The notes below the pieces were generated by a model. It did not search any database. It was not told where the DNA came from and worked only from the letters and a program-made list of their open reading frames with translations. A stretch of DNA of 64,000 nt, taken from positions 32,001-96,000 of IMG/VR virus record IMGVR_UViG_3300020079_000007; one strand, 5' to 3'. Origin of the DNA: a virus. Taxonomy: Duplodnaviria > Caudoviricetes. A program made the translations under genes and the position numbers. Of the stretch, positions 40,420 through 51,293 are shown piece by piece (the first letter of the stretch is position 1; the number at the start of each line of letters is the position of its first letter).

Positions 40420-41004
40420 TTAAATTATATAAAGATTTTGTGCAATTTGTTTGATATAGGAGTCAATTTCATTTACGACTTGGGAAAGGTGTTTTGTCAA
40501 GTGAATTTCTTGATTTTGCAAACCACCTGAAGCAGCGTGTTTTTCATCCCAAATGCCTTTTCCTTTTTCGCCTGTAAACTTGTAAATTGATAAGTTGTGT
40601 TTTGCAAGTCCTTCCCAACAACCCTGCCAATAAAATGATGGGTCATCAGAATAAAACTTTACATCACAACTGTGAATTGCTTTTTTAAGTGCCTGCTCAA
40701 GTTGTCCATAACCCATATTCTTTTCATCTTTAAGATATTGTCCAACTTTATAAAAGCGAAGACACAATGTGTATTGCTCGTTCTTTCCTTGAGGAAGATT
40801 TGTTGAGGCTATATACCCAGTTGCCCCGTAAGTTGAGTTGGCAAAAAATATCAACTCGAGAAAATCTTGTTTTCTGTAATAAGCAGCTTGGCCCAAATCA
40901 ATGTTGAAATCATTTTGATAACGCAAATCAAGATGATGTTGTGTCAAGCCTGAAACTGAATTACCTGCTAATGAATCTATAGTTGCCTCAAGGAATAACT
41001 GCAT
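40420..41004 (-). CDS. Hypothetical virion-associated protein
   Basis: Coupled to portal; MQLFLEA N-terminus. Confidence 0.5.
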   Translation of the reverse strand: MQLFLEATIDSLAGNSVSGLTQHHLDLRYQNDFNIDLGQAAYYRKQDFLELIFFANSTYGATGYIASTNLPQGKNEQYTLCLRFYKVGQYLKDEKNMGYGQLEQALKKAIHSCDVKFYSDDPSFYWQGCWEGLAKHNLSIYKFTGEKGKGIWDEKHAASGGLQNQEIHLTKHLSQVVNEIDSYIKQIAQNLYII

Positions 41005-41005
41005 T

Positions 41006-43198
41006 TTACTCTCCTACTCCACCTGTAAGAATATCTGACGCAATTTGTTCATCAATCTTTCTGCGTCTTTCTGCTTCATCTTCAGTTGTAAATGAATCTT
41101 TAATCTCCTGCATCTTATCGCCTACACTCTGTTCAGAAAGACGACTGCTGCTTGCAGGTACGCCTGTTCTCAATTCATACAATACTTTTATAGTATCATT
41201 AAGAACATCGTTTTCTTGAATTTTTGGCATTACATATTTATGAGAAACTGTTCCGCCCTCACCGTTGTAATTTGGAATCCAATCGTTTCCTGCCCATTCA
41301 GTAAGGTGTTGACTTTCAACAAACTTTATAAACAAACCGTCTTTTGCTTCTTTGTATCTGTTTGATACTTCACGAAGTCGTTTCTGTTGCAATTCTGTCA
41401 TACGAGCTTTTCTTTCACGAAGAAGCTTCTTTGCTTTTGCTGCTTCAATTTTAGCGGATTCCATAACAGTATCATCTCCGCCACCCATATCGTCGCCACC
41501 AAAGTCGAAATCATCTCCGCCATCATCGCCACCGTCTTCATCATCTCCGCCACCTACAGGCTTTAAGAATGATGACAAACGCATCCACTTTTGAACGTCT
41601 GTTGGGTCAAGGAATGAATACTTTGAAAGAATATCGGTAACAACATCTTCAGGAAGAGGCTCTCCTTCTTCAAGTCCTAAAGCTGATGTAATCAATTCCA
41701 TAATGGTCTGAGTCATTTCAAGAGTTGCCATACGAGCTTCACGTTTTTCCTGTCCCATCTCTTCAGCAGGGAAACGCATTGAAAGAACGAATGGAGTGTT
41801 ATAATCAAACTCACCTGTGATTGCAAAATGCAATCTTATGAGTTCACCAATACCATCAAGACAGGCTGATTGAATTGTATAAACGTGGCGAGCAAACGGC
41901 TTGTACTGTTCTGTCAATGAAATGCCTGAGTTACCAAATCCGCCAAACTCTTGGTCAAGATATGCCTTAGGTACACCTGATGCACGAGCAACACGGTCTT
42001 GGTAAAGTTCAATATCGCCTACGAAGTCAATGTCACATTTTGACTCTTTTACTTCAACATCAATCAAATCCTTAGGTGCCCAAATTTTTGTATTTACAGT
42101 GTAAACTTCATTACCCGCATTTGCAGGATTTACGCCGATATTATCATATTCCTCACGAACTTCATTTACGTGTTCGAAAGCAACATCAGGTCCCATACCT
42201 TCAGTTCCTTGTACACCATAAATTGTTACTGGGAATGACATTTGTCTTGCAAGGCCTTGCAACATAATTGCAGAGAAAGCCAACTTAAATGGTGAAATAC
42301 AACCTAAAAGAGGCGGACGACCATAAGGATAGAATTCAGAGTTTTCTGCATTGTAACGGAAATGTGATACTTCCCAAGGTGGTAAAATATTTCCGTCATA
42401 CAATTCATATCCCAAAAGTTTAGCATCATAAGAATCTGCAATGTTTTCATCAAGGTCCATTGTCTTCTTATCAATAATTATATCTACAAGCTTTTGTATT
42501 TTCTCGGCGCGGTTTTTATTTGCAGAAAGATAGCCATTTTTCTGTGAAAGATATTCTGCCATTCTGATTGGGTTAAACTCAAGTCTCTCCATAACTGAAT
42601 TGACTTTGATAGGCTTAATACCTTCAATACCATTAAGACCTACTTTGTGAAGCCAGAATGATTCACCATAAAGTTCAAGGTCGTGGCATACTTGCTGCAA
42701 TCTTTGTTGATTGATACCCCATCTTGCAAACAATTCATAACACTTTGAAGAGAACGCTGCGTTAGGAGAGTCAACTGTCAAGATACGGTTTTGAACATCA
42801 AGCTGTGTTGCTTCTGCAGCACAAAGTTCAACTACACGATAACCGAAGTCGTCATTGTAATAAAAGAATGACAACTCATTAAGTCTTTGCTGTCTATCCT
42901 GAATGTCGTTATATGAAAGAGTTGTCTCCTGCATATAAGCATCAAAGTATTTTTCAACATTTTCTGTAAGATGTTCTGATTTGAATACTGAACCAAGAGC
43001 GGCGTTCTTGAAGCGGTATGCATCGTTGTTCAAGTCAACACGAACAAACTCCATACCATATTTTTTAACTAAAGGGTCATCACTCTTTTCGTCTCTTTTT
43101 GCTCTAAAGCCAAATAATGATGAGAGGCGAGAAACATATGAACTTTTCAATATGCTTGATTTAGGAGCCTCTCCACTTCTATAAATATCATCTGCCAT
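41006..43198 (-). CDS. Portal protein (T4 gp20-like) with C-terminal extension
   Basis: LELYGESF, VSHFR, PYGRPPL, DIELYQDRVARASGVPKAYL. Confidence 0.85.
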   Translation of the reverse strand: MADDIYRSGEAPKSSILKSSYVSRLSSLFGFRAKRDEKSDDPLVKKYGMEFVRVDLNNDAYRFKNAALGSVFKSEHLTENVEKYFDAYMQETTLSYNDIQDRQQRLNELSFFYYNDDFGYRVVELCAAEATQLDVQNRILTVDSPNAAFSSKCYELFARWGINQQRLQQVCHDLELYGESFWLHKVGLNGIEGIKPIKVNSVMERLEFNPIRMAEYLSQKNGYLSANKNRAEKIQKLVDIIIDKKTMDLDENIADSYDAKLLGYELYDGNILPPWEVSHFRYNAENSEFYPYGRPPLLGCISPFKLAFSAIMLQGLARQMSFPVTIYGVQGTEGMGPDVAFEHVNEVREEYDNIGVNPANAGNEVYTVNTKIWAPKDLIDVEVKESKCDIDFVGDIELYQDRVARASGVPKAYLDQEFGGFGNSGISLTEQYKPFARHVYTIQSACLDGIGELIRLHFAITGEFDYNTPFVLSMRFPAEEMGQEKREARMATLEMTQTIMELITSALGLEEGEPLPEDVVTDILSKYSFLDPTDVQKWMRLSSFLKPVGGGDDEDGGDDGGDDFDFGGDDMGGGDDTVMESAKIEAAKAKKLLRERKARMTELQQKRLREVSNRYKEAKDGLFIKFVESQHLTEWAGNDWIPNYNGEGGTVSHKYVMPKIQENDVLNDTIKVLYELRTGVPASSSRLSEQSVGDKMQEIKDSFTTEDEAERRRKIDEQIASDILTGGVGE

Positions 43199-43294
43199 CT
43201 AAAAGATACCTCTTATATATTTAGTTTTAAAAAGAAAAAAGCGTTCATATTTATGGTATATGAACGCTCAACTATTATATATTAACAGTCGACT

Positions 43295-44119
43295 TTATTC
43301 ATTAAGAAGTTTATCGAAAAGCTGTTTCTTTGACTCTTCAAGAGGGTCGTAGTCAACTGTTTCAGGACTTACATCAGCTGCAACAAAGGTATTGTGATTT
43401 TTATCAGTGAGATCATCATTGTCACTTGCAATCATATCCAAGTACTCGTCAGAAAGTTTGTCAGAGTCTTTTCCAAAACCTTTCTTATATACAGGAATGC
43501 CTGTGTCAGCTATGTCATTTTCTTCTTCATCCATCCACATAGCTTCCTGTGCGTTCTCGATGCCATTTACATTAGAATTGAAACCGTCTTCCATTTCGCC
43601 GTCATAAACGAAGTCATCATAACCTTCAGCATCAAAATCTTCAACTCCGCCGTCATAAACAGGAAGACCGTCTTCATCATCGTAAAGGTAGTCACCTACA
43701 GCTTCACGAATTCTTGTTTTCTCATCAGTATTCATTTTTGCCTCGAATAAGCCAAAGCAGTCTGCTCTGGAAAGAGCCGAATCCAAAGTTGGGAATGGGC
43801 CCATTTTATTATAAAGTCCATTTGCTAAAGAGAACAAATAAACCTCAAATCCACCTCCCTTTTCTTCTGTTTTTGTTGTCTTAATAACAACCAAATACTT
43901 TTTGTTTCCTGCAAGTGTTGCTCTAACTTCAGCACAAGCAGCAACAGAACCTTTTCCCTTTACAGCGTCTTTAAGTGCAGCGTGTTCTGGGCGTTCAGAT
44001 GGAATAACATTATCAATGCAGCCTGAGCCTTTTTCAAGACCTCTGCAATAATCGCCTTCAGTATTTGCAGTTTTACGACATTCAATACCGAGACAGTAAA
44101 CATTATCAAAATTGTTCAT
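43295..44119 (-). CDS. Acidic late protein, putative head core protein
   Basis: LFEA, IREA, LEES motifs. Confidence 0.5.
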   Translation of the reverse strand: MNNFDNVYCLGIECRKTANTEGDYCRGLEKGSGCIDNVIPSERPEHAALKDAVKGKGSVAACAEVRATLAGNKKYLVVIKTTKTEEKGGGFEVYLFSLANGLYNKMGPFPTLDSALSRADCFGLFEAKMNTDEKTRIREAVGDYLYDDEDGLPVYDGGVEDFDAEGYDDFVYDGEMEDGFNSNVNGIENAQEAMWMDEEENDIADTGIPVYKKGFGKDSDKLSDEYLDMIASDNDDLTDKNHNTFVAADVSPETVDYDPLEESKKQLFDKLLNE

Positions 44120-44164
44120 TATTTATCTCCACTTTATTATTTAGTTGCAATAAACTAATTTATT

Positions 44165-45787
44165 ATGACTGGTATATGTTATTTTGCAAACGATGAGGTT
44201 GAATACTTTGCAGAACAGCAAGTTAATTCAATCGTAAATGATATTGATGACGGCGCAACACTTATAAGAGAAAATGAAGCTTTCTCTCCTGAGCTTGTTG
44301 ATAATTTAATTGAAGAAGCTGCAAGTAAGAAATGTAATAAATTGGTTTTGATGGTTGAAGGTAAAAAGTATCATCAATACTCAAAAGTAATTCCTGAAGT
44401 TTACGGCGATATGTTTGAGTCAATCGAAGTTGTACCTGAAAACTTTGTAAGAGTTAGAGAAAGTAACAACTATGACTACTATGACGGAATGGAAGCAGAT
44501 GCTGTGTTCTGGGCAGATAAGTATGACGAATATGTTGACGCAGGAATGACTGACCCTGATGATGGCATTGTCGGATTTGTTGCAGGAAAGATTGATGAAG
44601 ACCATCCTTCTGACAGCCCAGAGCAATATGCTTCATTGGAAAGATGGGTTATGAGCATCCTTAAAGAAAAAGGATACTTTAAGATGCCGTGGATGACAGA
44701 AGCTCTTTTGAGAGAAAATGATACAGCTGCAAGAGGCGCTCAAGCTTTGCCTCAAAATGAACAAACACAGCAGGCAAAACCTGTTCAGCAAAATAATCAA
44801 CAACCATTCAACGATGCAGGTTCTGTTACATATATTCTTTGTGATGCTGCCCATATCAACCTTGCTAACATTAAAGCTTTTGATAATGATACAAAACCTC
44901 TTATAGGAAAGTTTAAATTACAAAATGTAAGAAGATCATTTACAACTGTTGATAGTGCAAGACTTGAAGGCGCGGCACTTAAAAGCCTGTTGGTTGAATA
45001 CCCAAAGAAAGTTGCAAACCTTGAAACTGTTGCACAGCAAATGTCACCTGATGCTCCAGACTTTTCACTTGAAGCAGATGGACAAATGACATTACAAGCA
45101 TTCTTACAAAAAGCAGGAACTGTAACACAAAAAGTAAAAGATGCTCAAGGTAATGAAGTTGAACAGCAAGTAAATACAGGCACAGGCGCAAATATAAACA
45201 TTTTTGCTCCTACAAAGCAGTATCAGTATTTAATGAAATTTGCAGGTGCTTACCAAAACATCCGTGTATTCAATCTTGGTAAGTCTTATGAAAATCAAAA
45301 TAACCAAAAGATTAACCAACTTATGGAAATTCTTTTGAACACAGATAAAGAACTTGAATACACAGGAAAAGAAGAAGATTGGGTTGCCGCTCAAAAAGAA
45401 GGTAAAAACAATCTTGATATGCAGTTTATCAATTATGTTCGTTCAATAATGAAATTTATGAACGAATACGCAAATTGTGATAGACGCAAGCCACACGATA
45501 AAGCAAAGCGCGAAAGTGAATTGATGAAAGCATTGAAAGATCAGCTTATGAAGTGGTCAGGCATTGGTAATGCAAAGAAAGAATTGAGTGACAACTCTGC
45601 AATTGCAAAGTTTGCTATTGAGACTTTTGATAAAGTTAAAGATGCTGCAAAGAAAGATTTACAGGGTAATGAAAAAGATAAGAATAAAGGTATGTTTGAT
45701 GAAAAACAAGCAAAAGACCGCAACCCTAAAAATATCTTTATGTGGAAACATTACGCTGAATTAAGAAAACTTCTTATTGATAGATAA
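44165..45787 (+). CDS. Late hypothetical protein, putative internal head protein
   Basis: Leaderless-type ACTAATT start; IREN, VRES, LREN motifs. Confidence 0.55.
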   Translation: MTGICYFANDEVEYFAEQQVNSIVNDIDDGATLIRENEAFSPELVDNLIEEAASKKCNKLVLMVEGKKYHQYSKVIPEVYGDMFESIEVVPENFVRVRESNNYDYYDGMEADAVFWADKYDEYVDAGMTDPDDGIVGFVAGKIDEDHPSDSPEQYASLERWVMSILKEKGYFKMPWMTEALLRENDTAARGAQALPQNEQTQQAKPVQQNNQQPFNDAGSVTYILCDAAHINLANIKAFDNDTKPLIGKFKLQNVRRSFTTVDSARLEGAALKSLLVEYPKKVANLETVAQQMSPDAPDFSLEADGQMTLQAFLQKAGTVTQKVKDAQGNEVEQQVNTGTGANINIFAPTKQYQYLMKFAGAYQNIRVFNLGKSYENQNNQKINQLMEILLNTDKELEYTGKEEDWVAAQKEGKNNLDMQFINYVRSIMKFMNEYANCDRRKPHDKAKRESELMKALKDQLMKWSGIGNAKKELSDNSAIAKFAIETFDKVKDAAKKDLQGNEKDKNKGMFDEKQAKDRNPKNIFMWKHYAELRKLLIDR

Positions 45788-46012
45788 TTATTTTTCTGCA
45801 AGATCTTTTGTGTAAGCGATTGTGAGTTGATTGTTTCTGACGAGTTTAAGCAACATTAAAGTTTTTGTTAATTCGTCAGTTATGATTAGTTCATCAGTAT
45901 TTGTTAAATGACACGGACATATTAAAGGGAAGCCTGCGTTTTTATATTTTTGATAAGCAAGAGTCGTTTCTGTACTTGTGCTAATCTTAAAAACGTGGCT
46001 TCCCACTTTCAT
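45788..46012 (-). CDS. Small hypothetical protein
   Basis: Coupled ORF. Confidence 0.45.
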   Translation of the reverse strand: MKVGSHVFKISTSTETTLAYQKYKNAGFPLICPCHLTNTDELIITDELTKTLMLLKLVRNNQLTIAYTKDLAEK

Positions 46013-46743
46013 TAGAATCTTCCTACTTCAGACCCAACTGCTTTATGAGAAATCTGACAACGAATCTGAAGTTCAGCTGCCTTTGCGATAATCTCTTTTG
46101 CATTTGTCAAGTCTTCAATGATTACCGATATACGGTTCTTATCACATTGAGCAGTCTGTGACTCAACATAATTTTTGTAAAAATTTTCAACATCATCAGC
46201 GTTCTTACAAACACACTGACAGTTTGAGAAAATATTTTTTGACATATCAAGGAATGCAAACATATTCTTTGGTGCTTCAGTATCACAATCAATTAACACA
46301 ACGTTGAAGTTTTCGTAAAACTGTTTTACACCTGAATAATTTATAGGCTTTCCTTTGAAAGCAAACTTTGGAGGCTGCTTACGGAATTCAACAGTCTCCT
46401 CATTCTGTAAATCGTGGGAAATATGAGAAATCATTGCAAAGAGAATCATTGACTCGTCAATACAATTTTTGTTTGCCATATCTTCACCGATGAAGAAACC
46501 ATACTTTTTTGAAAGAAGGAAGTCAATCCAATCATCTTCAAGTCCCTTTTCTTCAAGCTTCTTTTTTACATCTTCAAGAACAGCCTCGCATTCTTTTGTA
46601 AGGTCTTCTCTTGCAGGTTCTTTCTGTCCTTCAGGAATTGTAAACTTTCTTCCGTCATCTGAAAATCTAAACACGAGACCGTTCAAACCTTGAACCTGTC
46701 CTTCTGGGAAGTACTCCCAATCTAAGCTGTCCAACTTAAGCAT
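46012..46743 (-). CDS. Hypothetical protein (likely start MLKLDS)
   Basis: GGAGG RBS. Confidence 0.55.
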   Translation of the reverse strand: MLKLDSLDWEYFPEGQVQGLNGLVFRFSDDGRKFTIPEGQKEPAREDLTKECEAVLEDVKKKLEEKGLEDDWIDFLLSKKYGFFIGEDMANKNCIDESMILFAMISHISHDLQNEETVEFRKQPPKFAFKGKPINYSGVKQFYENFNVVLIDCDTEAPKNMFAFLDMSKNIFSNCQCVCKNADDVENFYKNYVESQTAQCDKNRISVIIEDLTNAKEIIAKAAELQIRCQISHKAVGSEVGRF

Positions 46744-47095
46744 TCTTTTTCCTCCAATCGTCAATCTCTTCTTTCATACCTTCAATTGCTGCTTGATATT
46801 CCATTGAACCACGGTCTCTTAAAGGGAACTTAAGTTCAAGAATAATTACATTCTTGTCGTCCTTTTTGTAAGCCAATGAAATCTGGTCTGTATCGAAGCA
46901 ACGGAATACATCGAGATTATATCTTTCCTTACAATATGCAGTAAGGTCTTCAAACACATTGTTCTCAATATCAACCAAGTTGTCGTGTTGTTTGAATAAT
47001 GTGTTCTTCTTTTTCTTGTCCAAAACTTTTGATGTCACAATGAGATTTGCAAGTCCTATGACAATATTAAGAATAAGTAATACACTTATTAACAT
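46736..47095 (-). CDS. Membrane-anchored hypothetical protein
   Basis: GGAGG RBS; N-terminal TM. Confidence 0.5.
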   Translation of the reverse strand: MLISVLLILNIVIGLANLIVTSKVLDKKKKNTLFKQHDNLVDIENNVFEDLTAYCKERYNLDVFRCFDTDQISLAYKKDDKNVIILELKFPLRDRGSMEYQAAIEGMKEEIDDWRKKNA

Positions 47096-47115
47096 CAAAA
47101 CCTCCAATATAATAA

Positions 47116-49014
47116 TTAGATTGTTTGTCCTTTTTGCAAAGAAAACAATTTTTTCCAAATGCCTTCACTGATATATTTTTGATTGAACAAAGAGTTAAGT
47201 GTTTCGCCTTTTGTCTCCAAGTTCAATTCCTGCAAGTTGTCGATTGAATTATCATATCTTAAAGAATATGTTCTTGTGACTTCAGTCTGCCCTGGGCGGT
47301 ATATACGGCCTCTTGACTGAGTGTACTCAACAAAGTTATATGTCTTTTCAACATATACTTCATATTTACATTCAACGCAAGTTACAGATGTGTTCATAAC
47401 TTTAATAGAAGCAATCAAAAGCTTTTGCTTAGGGTCTTTCAAAAACTTCTTAACTAAAGGAATGCGGTCGTCCATCGGAACATCAGCTGAAATAATGCAA
47501 GGATTATAATTTGCATATCTTTCACTCAAAGTAACCATTGTCTCTGGGTGGAAATACCAAATGATACCTTTTTGTCCATCAACATCAGTTCTTTCTTCAA
47601 TGATTTCATCAACAAGTTTAATCTTATTATAGTCTTTATTGTAATCAAACTTTCTGATGTCTTCTTTTAGGTCCTCTGGGAAGTACTCAAACTTTTTATT
47701 ATTCAATAATGCAGTTGGGTTGTCAACACAAGTTTGAAAATACTGAAATAAGTTCTTCATTCTTTCAGAGAAGCTCTGACCACCTTCACTTGCAATGTTT
47801 GCCTGTTCAGCAGCAGTAAAATTGCTGAAGCGTTCATATATTCTTCGATGTAAAGGCGACATCTCCATAAACATTGTTGGGACTTCATAATTCAATGGCA
47901 AGTCAAGACAATCAATCATAAGACGCTTTGCACAATAATGCTTCAGCATCTTTTTATTGAATTCTTCAAGTAAGTCAAGTCTCCAACCATTAGGATTGAT
48001 TGCATAAGGGCTGTAAGAGTTACCAATATCATTATACTTTGCACACCAAGTTTGATAGTCCATACCATCAACTAAAGCAGGGTCAAGTATCTTTGAAGGC
48101 TCATACAATTTTTCATATTTATCTGCAAGAGTTCCTGTAAACTCAAATCTCTGTTCAAAGAACGGAACAATAAAGTTCATAATCTTTGTTCGTCTTGAGG
48201 TAGGTGAACTTAAGTAATGATTCTCATCAAGAAACAAACCACCTGGGTGTCCGTCAAGCCATTCTTTGATAGGCATTGGATTTTTAGTATAAGCTGTGCC
48301 CGTAGAAGGATGCTTATTCTTTTTTGTTGCAAACTTAATATCATAATAATAATTACTTACAGACTTCAAGGCATCGTAAGAAAGAATGATAATTGTTTGA
48401 GGATACTTTTCAGTATTGAAAATATCGCGGTCTTCAAACTTTACTTTTGCCATAGAAGTAATTGTAAGAATATCTTCATCTCTCATATTCTTACCGTGTA
48501 GCAACAATTCACCTTTAACATTACGAGTACCGATTGATGAAGAAAATATCAAACATTTATTTATGTCACCGTAATATCTTTTATGTTCGATTAAACCTGC
48601 AAGAATCCAAGATTTACCTAAACCCATTTCGTGGTGATATAAAAATCTGTTCTGACAAAGTCCTCTTAATAAGTCCTGTATTTGATAACTTTCATAAGGA
48701 TGTTTTCCAACAAGAGGCGGATTGTTCATCAATTCTTGTCGGTAAGTTCGACGATATATTTTAAGTTCTTTTAAGTTTTCGTGATAAAGTTTTATCTCTT
48801 CTTCAGTAAGTAAATCAACTTCAGGCTGCTCACCAAAGTCAACACAAGATTTATAAAAATCTTCATATCTTGTTACATTAAGAGTCCATCTTTTTAATGT
48901 GGCATTCCATCGACAACCTTCTTCTTTCAAAAAATCAACAAGGTCGCGGAAATTATCGCCACCAATCTTAATAAGAAGATTTTTATCAGATGAGTCATAT
49001 TCTATAGCAACCAT
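47116..49014 (-). CDS. SNF2-family helicase
   Basis: HEMGLGKS, LDENH, FTGT, QSRGRIYRPGQ. Confidence 0.85.
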   Translation of the reverse strand: MVAIEYDSSDKNLLIKIGGDNFRDLVDFLKEEGCRWNATLKRWTLNVTRYEDFYKSCVDFGEQPEVDLLTEEEIKLYHENLKELKIYRRTYRQELMNNPPLVGKHPYESYQIQDLLRGLCQNRFLYHHEMGLGKSWILAGLIEHKRYYGDINKCLIFSSSIGTRNVKGELLLHGKNMRDEDILTITSMAKVKFEDRDIFNTEKYPQTIIILSYDALKSVSNYYYDIKFATKKNKHPSTGTAYTKNPMPIKEWLDGHPGGLFLDENHYLSSPTSRRTKIMNFIVPFFEQRFEFTGTLADKYEKLYEPSKILDPALVDGMDYQTWCAKYNDIGNSYSPYAINPNGWRLDLLEEFNKKMLKHYCAKRLMIDCLDLPLNYEVPTMFMEMSPLHRRIYERFSNFTAAEQANIASEGGQSFSERMKNLFQYFQTCVDNPTALLNNKKFEYFPEDLKEDIRKFDYNKDYNKIKLVDEIIEERTDVDGQKGIIWYFHPETMVTLSERYANYNPCIISADVPMDDRIPLVKKFLKDPKQKLLIASIKVMNTSVTCVECKYEVYVEKTYNFVEYTQSRGRIYRPGQTEVTRTYSLRYDNSIDNLQELNLETKGETLNSLFNQKYISEGIWKKLFSLQKGQTI

Positions 49015-49081
49015 AATATAGAATATATTAACAAAAAAGGGTACCATTGCGGTACCCATATATTTTTAACTTTTTATTTTG

Positions 49082-49390
49082 TTATTCTTCGTAACCTTCT
49101 GGGATATAGCAGAACAAATCTTCTTCATCTTCCCAAGGCTCATCGCCTGAAACTTCATCCCCATCTTCGTTATAGAAAACAGTTGCCTGAACTTTTCTTC
49201 CACCTTTAAGATTGTTAAAAGCTCTTTGTGCAGTTTCTAAATCACCTTCATTATCAAATGAATATGACTGTCCATCATCATTATTTATTGTAATGTTATG
49301 ATGGCCTGAAATATCACGGAGAATATCTTCAATTGAAATCTCAAAAAGATCTCCGCCTTCATAATCAGTTACTCTTACAACTTCGTTCAT
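49082..49390 (-). CDS. Acidic hypothetical protein
   Basis: ORF with GGAG RBS. Confidence 0.5.
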   Translation of the reverse strand: MNEVVRVTDYEGGDLFEISIEDILRDISGHHNITINNDDGQSYSFDNEGDLETAQRAFNNLKGGRKVQATVFYNEDGDEVSGDEPWEDEEDLFCYIPEGYEE

Positions 49391-49391
49391 T

Positions 49392-50063
49392 TTACTCTCC
49401 CATTACTTTTTCGTATTCGTCATAATCATCTGAATCCAACCAAGACTCAAATCCGTCATCAGGAGCTTTACCGTTTTCATCTCTCTGTTCGATTTTGATA
49501 AAAGCACCGCCCATTCCGAGAGTTTGTTCAACAACTTCAAGTCCCATCCCTGGAGCTGCAGTATCAAGGAACTGCTGAAGCTTGTTTACGAAATCAATAA
49601 AGTTTATTTGTGCGCTCTTGAACTTACCTTCTTTTAACAACTTTTTGCTTTCTGATATTCTTTCCATTGTTTTAAGATTTTCAAAAAGAAAGCCCTGTCC
49701 TGCAGAAAGGTCCTCAAGTTTTTTAAGTTCTGCATCGTCAATGTAAACTCTGTCTTCCATCTCAGATACATCTGAAGCCATTTCAAACAAACCTTTGATA
49801 GCTTGTTTCAAATCACCGCCCATATTCATCTCACCAATCTCGTCTTCATATTGCTGAGAAACATAAAAGCAAACTTTACCAGCCGCGTCTGGGTCTTCAT
49901 AGCCCGTTGCAGTAATGCCAACATTGAAGCCTGCACCACAATAAACAGTTATAGCAACTTCTTCGTGAACTGGGTCATCAGATGTTTTTGCTTTTGCTCT
50001 ATATGCTGCTCTAAGAAGGTCAGCCACTTTTGAATATGGAAGACCCTCTTCATTTTCAGTCAT
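49392..50063 (-). CDS. Acidic hypothetical protein
   Basis: LFEN...ISES..LLKEG motifs. Confidence 0.5.
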   Translation of the reverse strand: MTENEEGLPYSKVADLLRAAYRAKAKTSDDPVHEEVAITVYCGAGFNVGITATGYEDPDAAGKVCFYVSQQYEDEIGEMNMGGDLKQAIKGLFEMASDVSEMEDRVYIDDAELKKLEDLSAGQGFLFENLKTMERISESKKLLKEGKFKSAQINFIDFVNKLQQFLDTAAPGMGLEVVEQTLGMGGAFIKIEQRDENGKAPDDGFESWLDSDDYDEYEKVMGE

Positions 50064-50065
50064 TT

Positions 50066-50902
50066 TCATAAATATCTCCTATTGATATTTAGTAACATTT
50101 CAAGGAATGCTTCAGGAGATATAATTGCTGTACCGAGTTTCTTTGCTTTTTCTGATTTTGCTGAGGTTGAGTCTGGGTCAGCCTGAACAAGATATGTAAG
50201 TGTTTTATTTATTGAGGAAACAGTTCCGCCGTTATCAACAACCATTTTTTCAAGGTCAGCTCGTTTGTAAGCCATTGCGCCTGTGAAGCAGAAACTCATT
50301 CCTGCAAGAACGCCACCTGCAACCTTTTCTTCTTCACCGATATTGCAAAGTTTTGATACTTCAAGCAGATCTTTTTTGATTTCTGACAAAGCCTGCAAAA
50401 CTTTAATGCCTGACTCCAAAGTCCAACCTTTGATATTTGATATGTCACGAGGATTTGCTTTTTCAAAGAAACTTTCGATTGTGTTGTAACCTGCGTCAAC
50501 TAAAGACTGCAAACGCTTTTCGCCGAAGTCTTCAATATCGAAAGCAGAGATAAAGTTGGCAAGTGTTCTTTTCTTTGACATTGCTGCCTTAAGATTTTTA
50601 CGGATTTTTTCGGCATTCTTGCCTGCGATTTTATCAAGAACTGGGCTGTCGATTTCACGAAGGAATTGTGCAAGGGATTTGATATTTGCTTCTTTTACAA
50701 AGTCTTCAACAACTCGTGGACCAATTTCAAGAACATTCCACTTATTTGACATCTTTATGATTGCGTGTTCAATCTTCTTTGCGCAGGAATCGTTTGGGCA
50801 AAAAACTTCTCCACTGTCATTGATTTCAAGTTCTGTGCCGCAGCAAGGGCAGACAGTAGGCATTCCCCAATTGTATTTTTTAGCAAGTTCTGATGCTTTC
50901 AT
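50066..50902 (-). CDS. NAD-dependent DNA ligase C-terminal half (Zn finger, HhH, BRCT); no adenylation or OB domain
   Basis: CPCCG...CPNDSC, IGPRVV, FGEKR, GMSFCFTG...GG...SAKSEKAKKLG. Confidence 0.85.
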   Translation of the reverse strand: MKASELAKKYNWGMPTVCPCCGTELEINDSGEVFCPNDSCAKKIEHAIIKMSNKWNVLEIGPRVVEDFVKEANIKSLAQFLREIDSPVLDKIAGKNAEKIRKNLKAAMSKKRTLANFISAFDIEDFGEKRLQSLVDAGYNTIESFFEKANPRDISNIKGWTLESGIKVLQALSEIKKDLLEVSKLCNIGEEEKVAGGVLAGMSFCFTGAMAYKRADLEKMVVDNGGTVSSINKTLTYLVQADPDSTSAKSEKAKKLGTAIISPEAFLEMLLNINRRYL

Positions 50903-50933
50903 ATTAACTCCTTACAAAAATAATATAAAGAAG

Positions 50934-51293
50934 TTATTCAGGAAGTTTAATTGAAGACCAATTTTCTAACAACTTTTTTGCTTCTTTTTTAGAGTATTTT
51001 GGCTTTATATAGACAATTGAGTCTTTTTGTGTTTCCATTGAAAATTCAGAAAATATGCGATTTCTTATAGGAACACCTGGGCCTTTTTGAACATTCTTTT
51101 CAGACTCTTCAACATCCTTTTTATCGAAAAATGTTGGAAAGCGGTCAATAATTGTTTCAATTGCTTCTTCAGTAAGTTCAGCTTTTTGAGTGCCGTCTTC
51201 TCCAAAAACATATTGTTTTATTACTTCTTCTGGGTCGTTTTTGAAATCAATACTGCCGCTGAAAGGCATTTGAAGACGAACGAGTCTTAACAT
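50934..51293 (-). CDS. Major-capsid-fragment paralog 1
   Basis: MLRLVRLQMP...RNRIFSEFSMETQKDSIVYIKPKYSK versus MCP MLRLVRLAMPNTCRNKVFTEFAMESAKDSIKYIKPVYSK. Confidence 0.75.
   Translation of the reverse strand: MLRLVRLQMPFSGSIDFKNDPEEVIKQYVFGEDGTQKAELTEEAIETIIDRFPTFFDKKDVEESEKNVQKGPGVPIRNRIFSEFSMETQKDSIVYIKPKYSKKEAKKLLENWSSIKLPE

Noticed and set aside
45788-46012. Possible free-standing Hint-like peptide (LVRNNQ...TKDL); also the ligase N-terminus MKASEL
   Set aside because: Similarity is only a few residues. The small protein fits an SH3-like MKVG..V pattern equally well.
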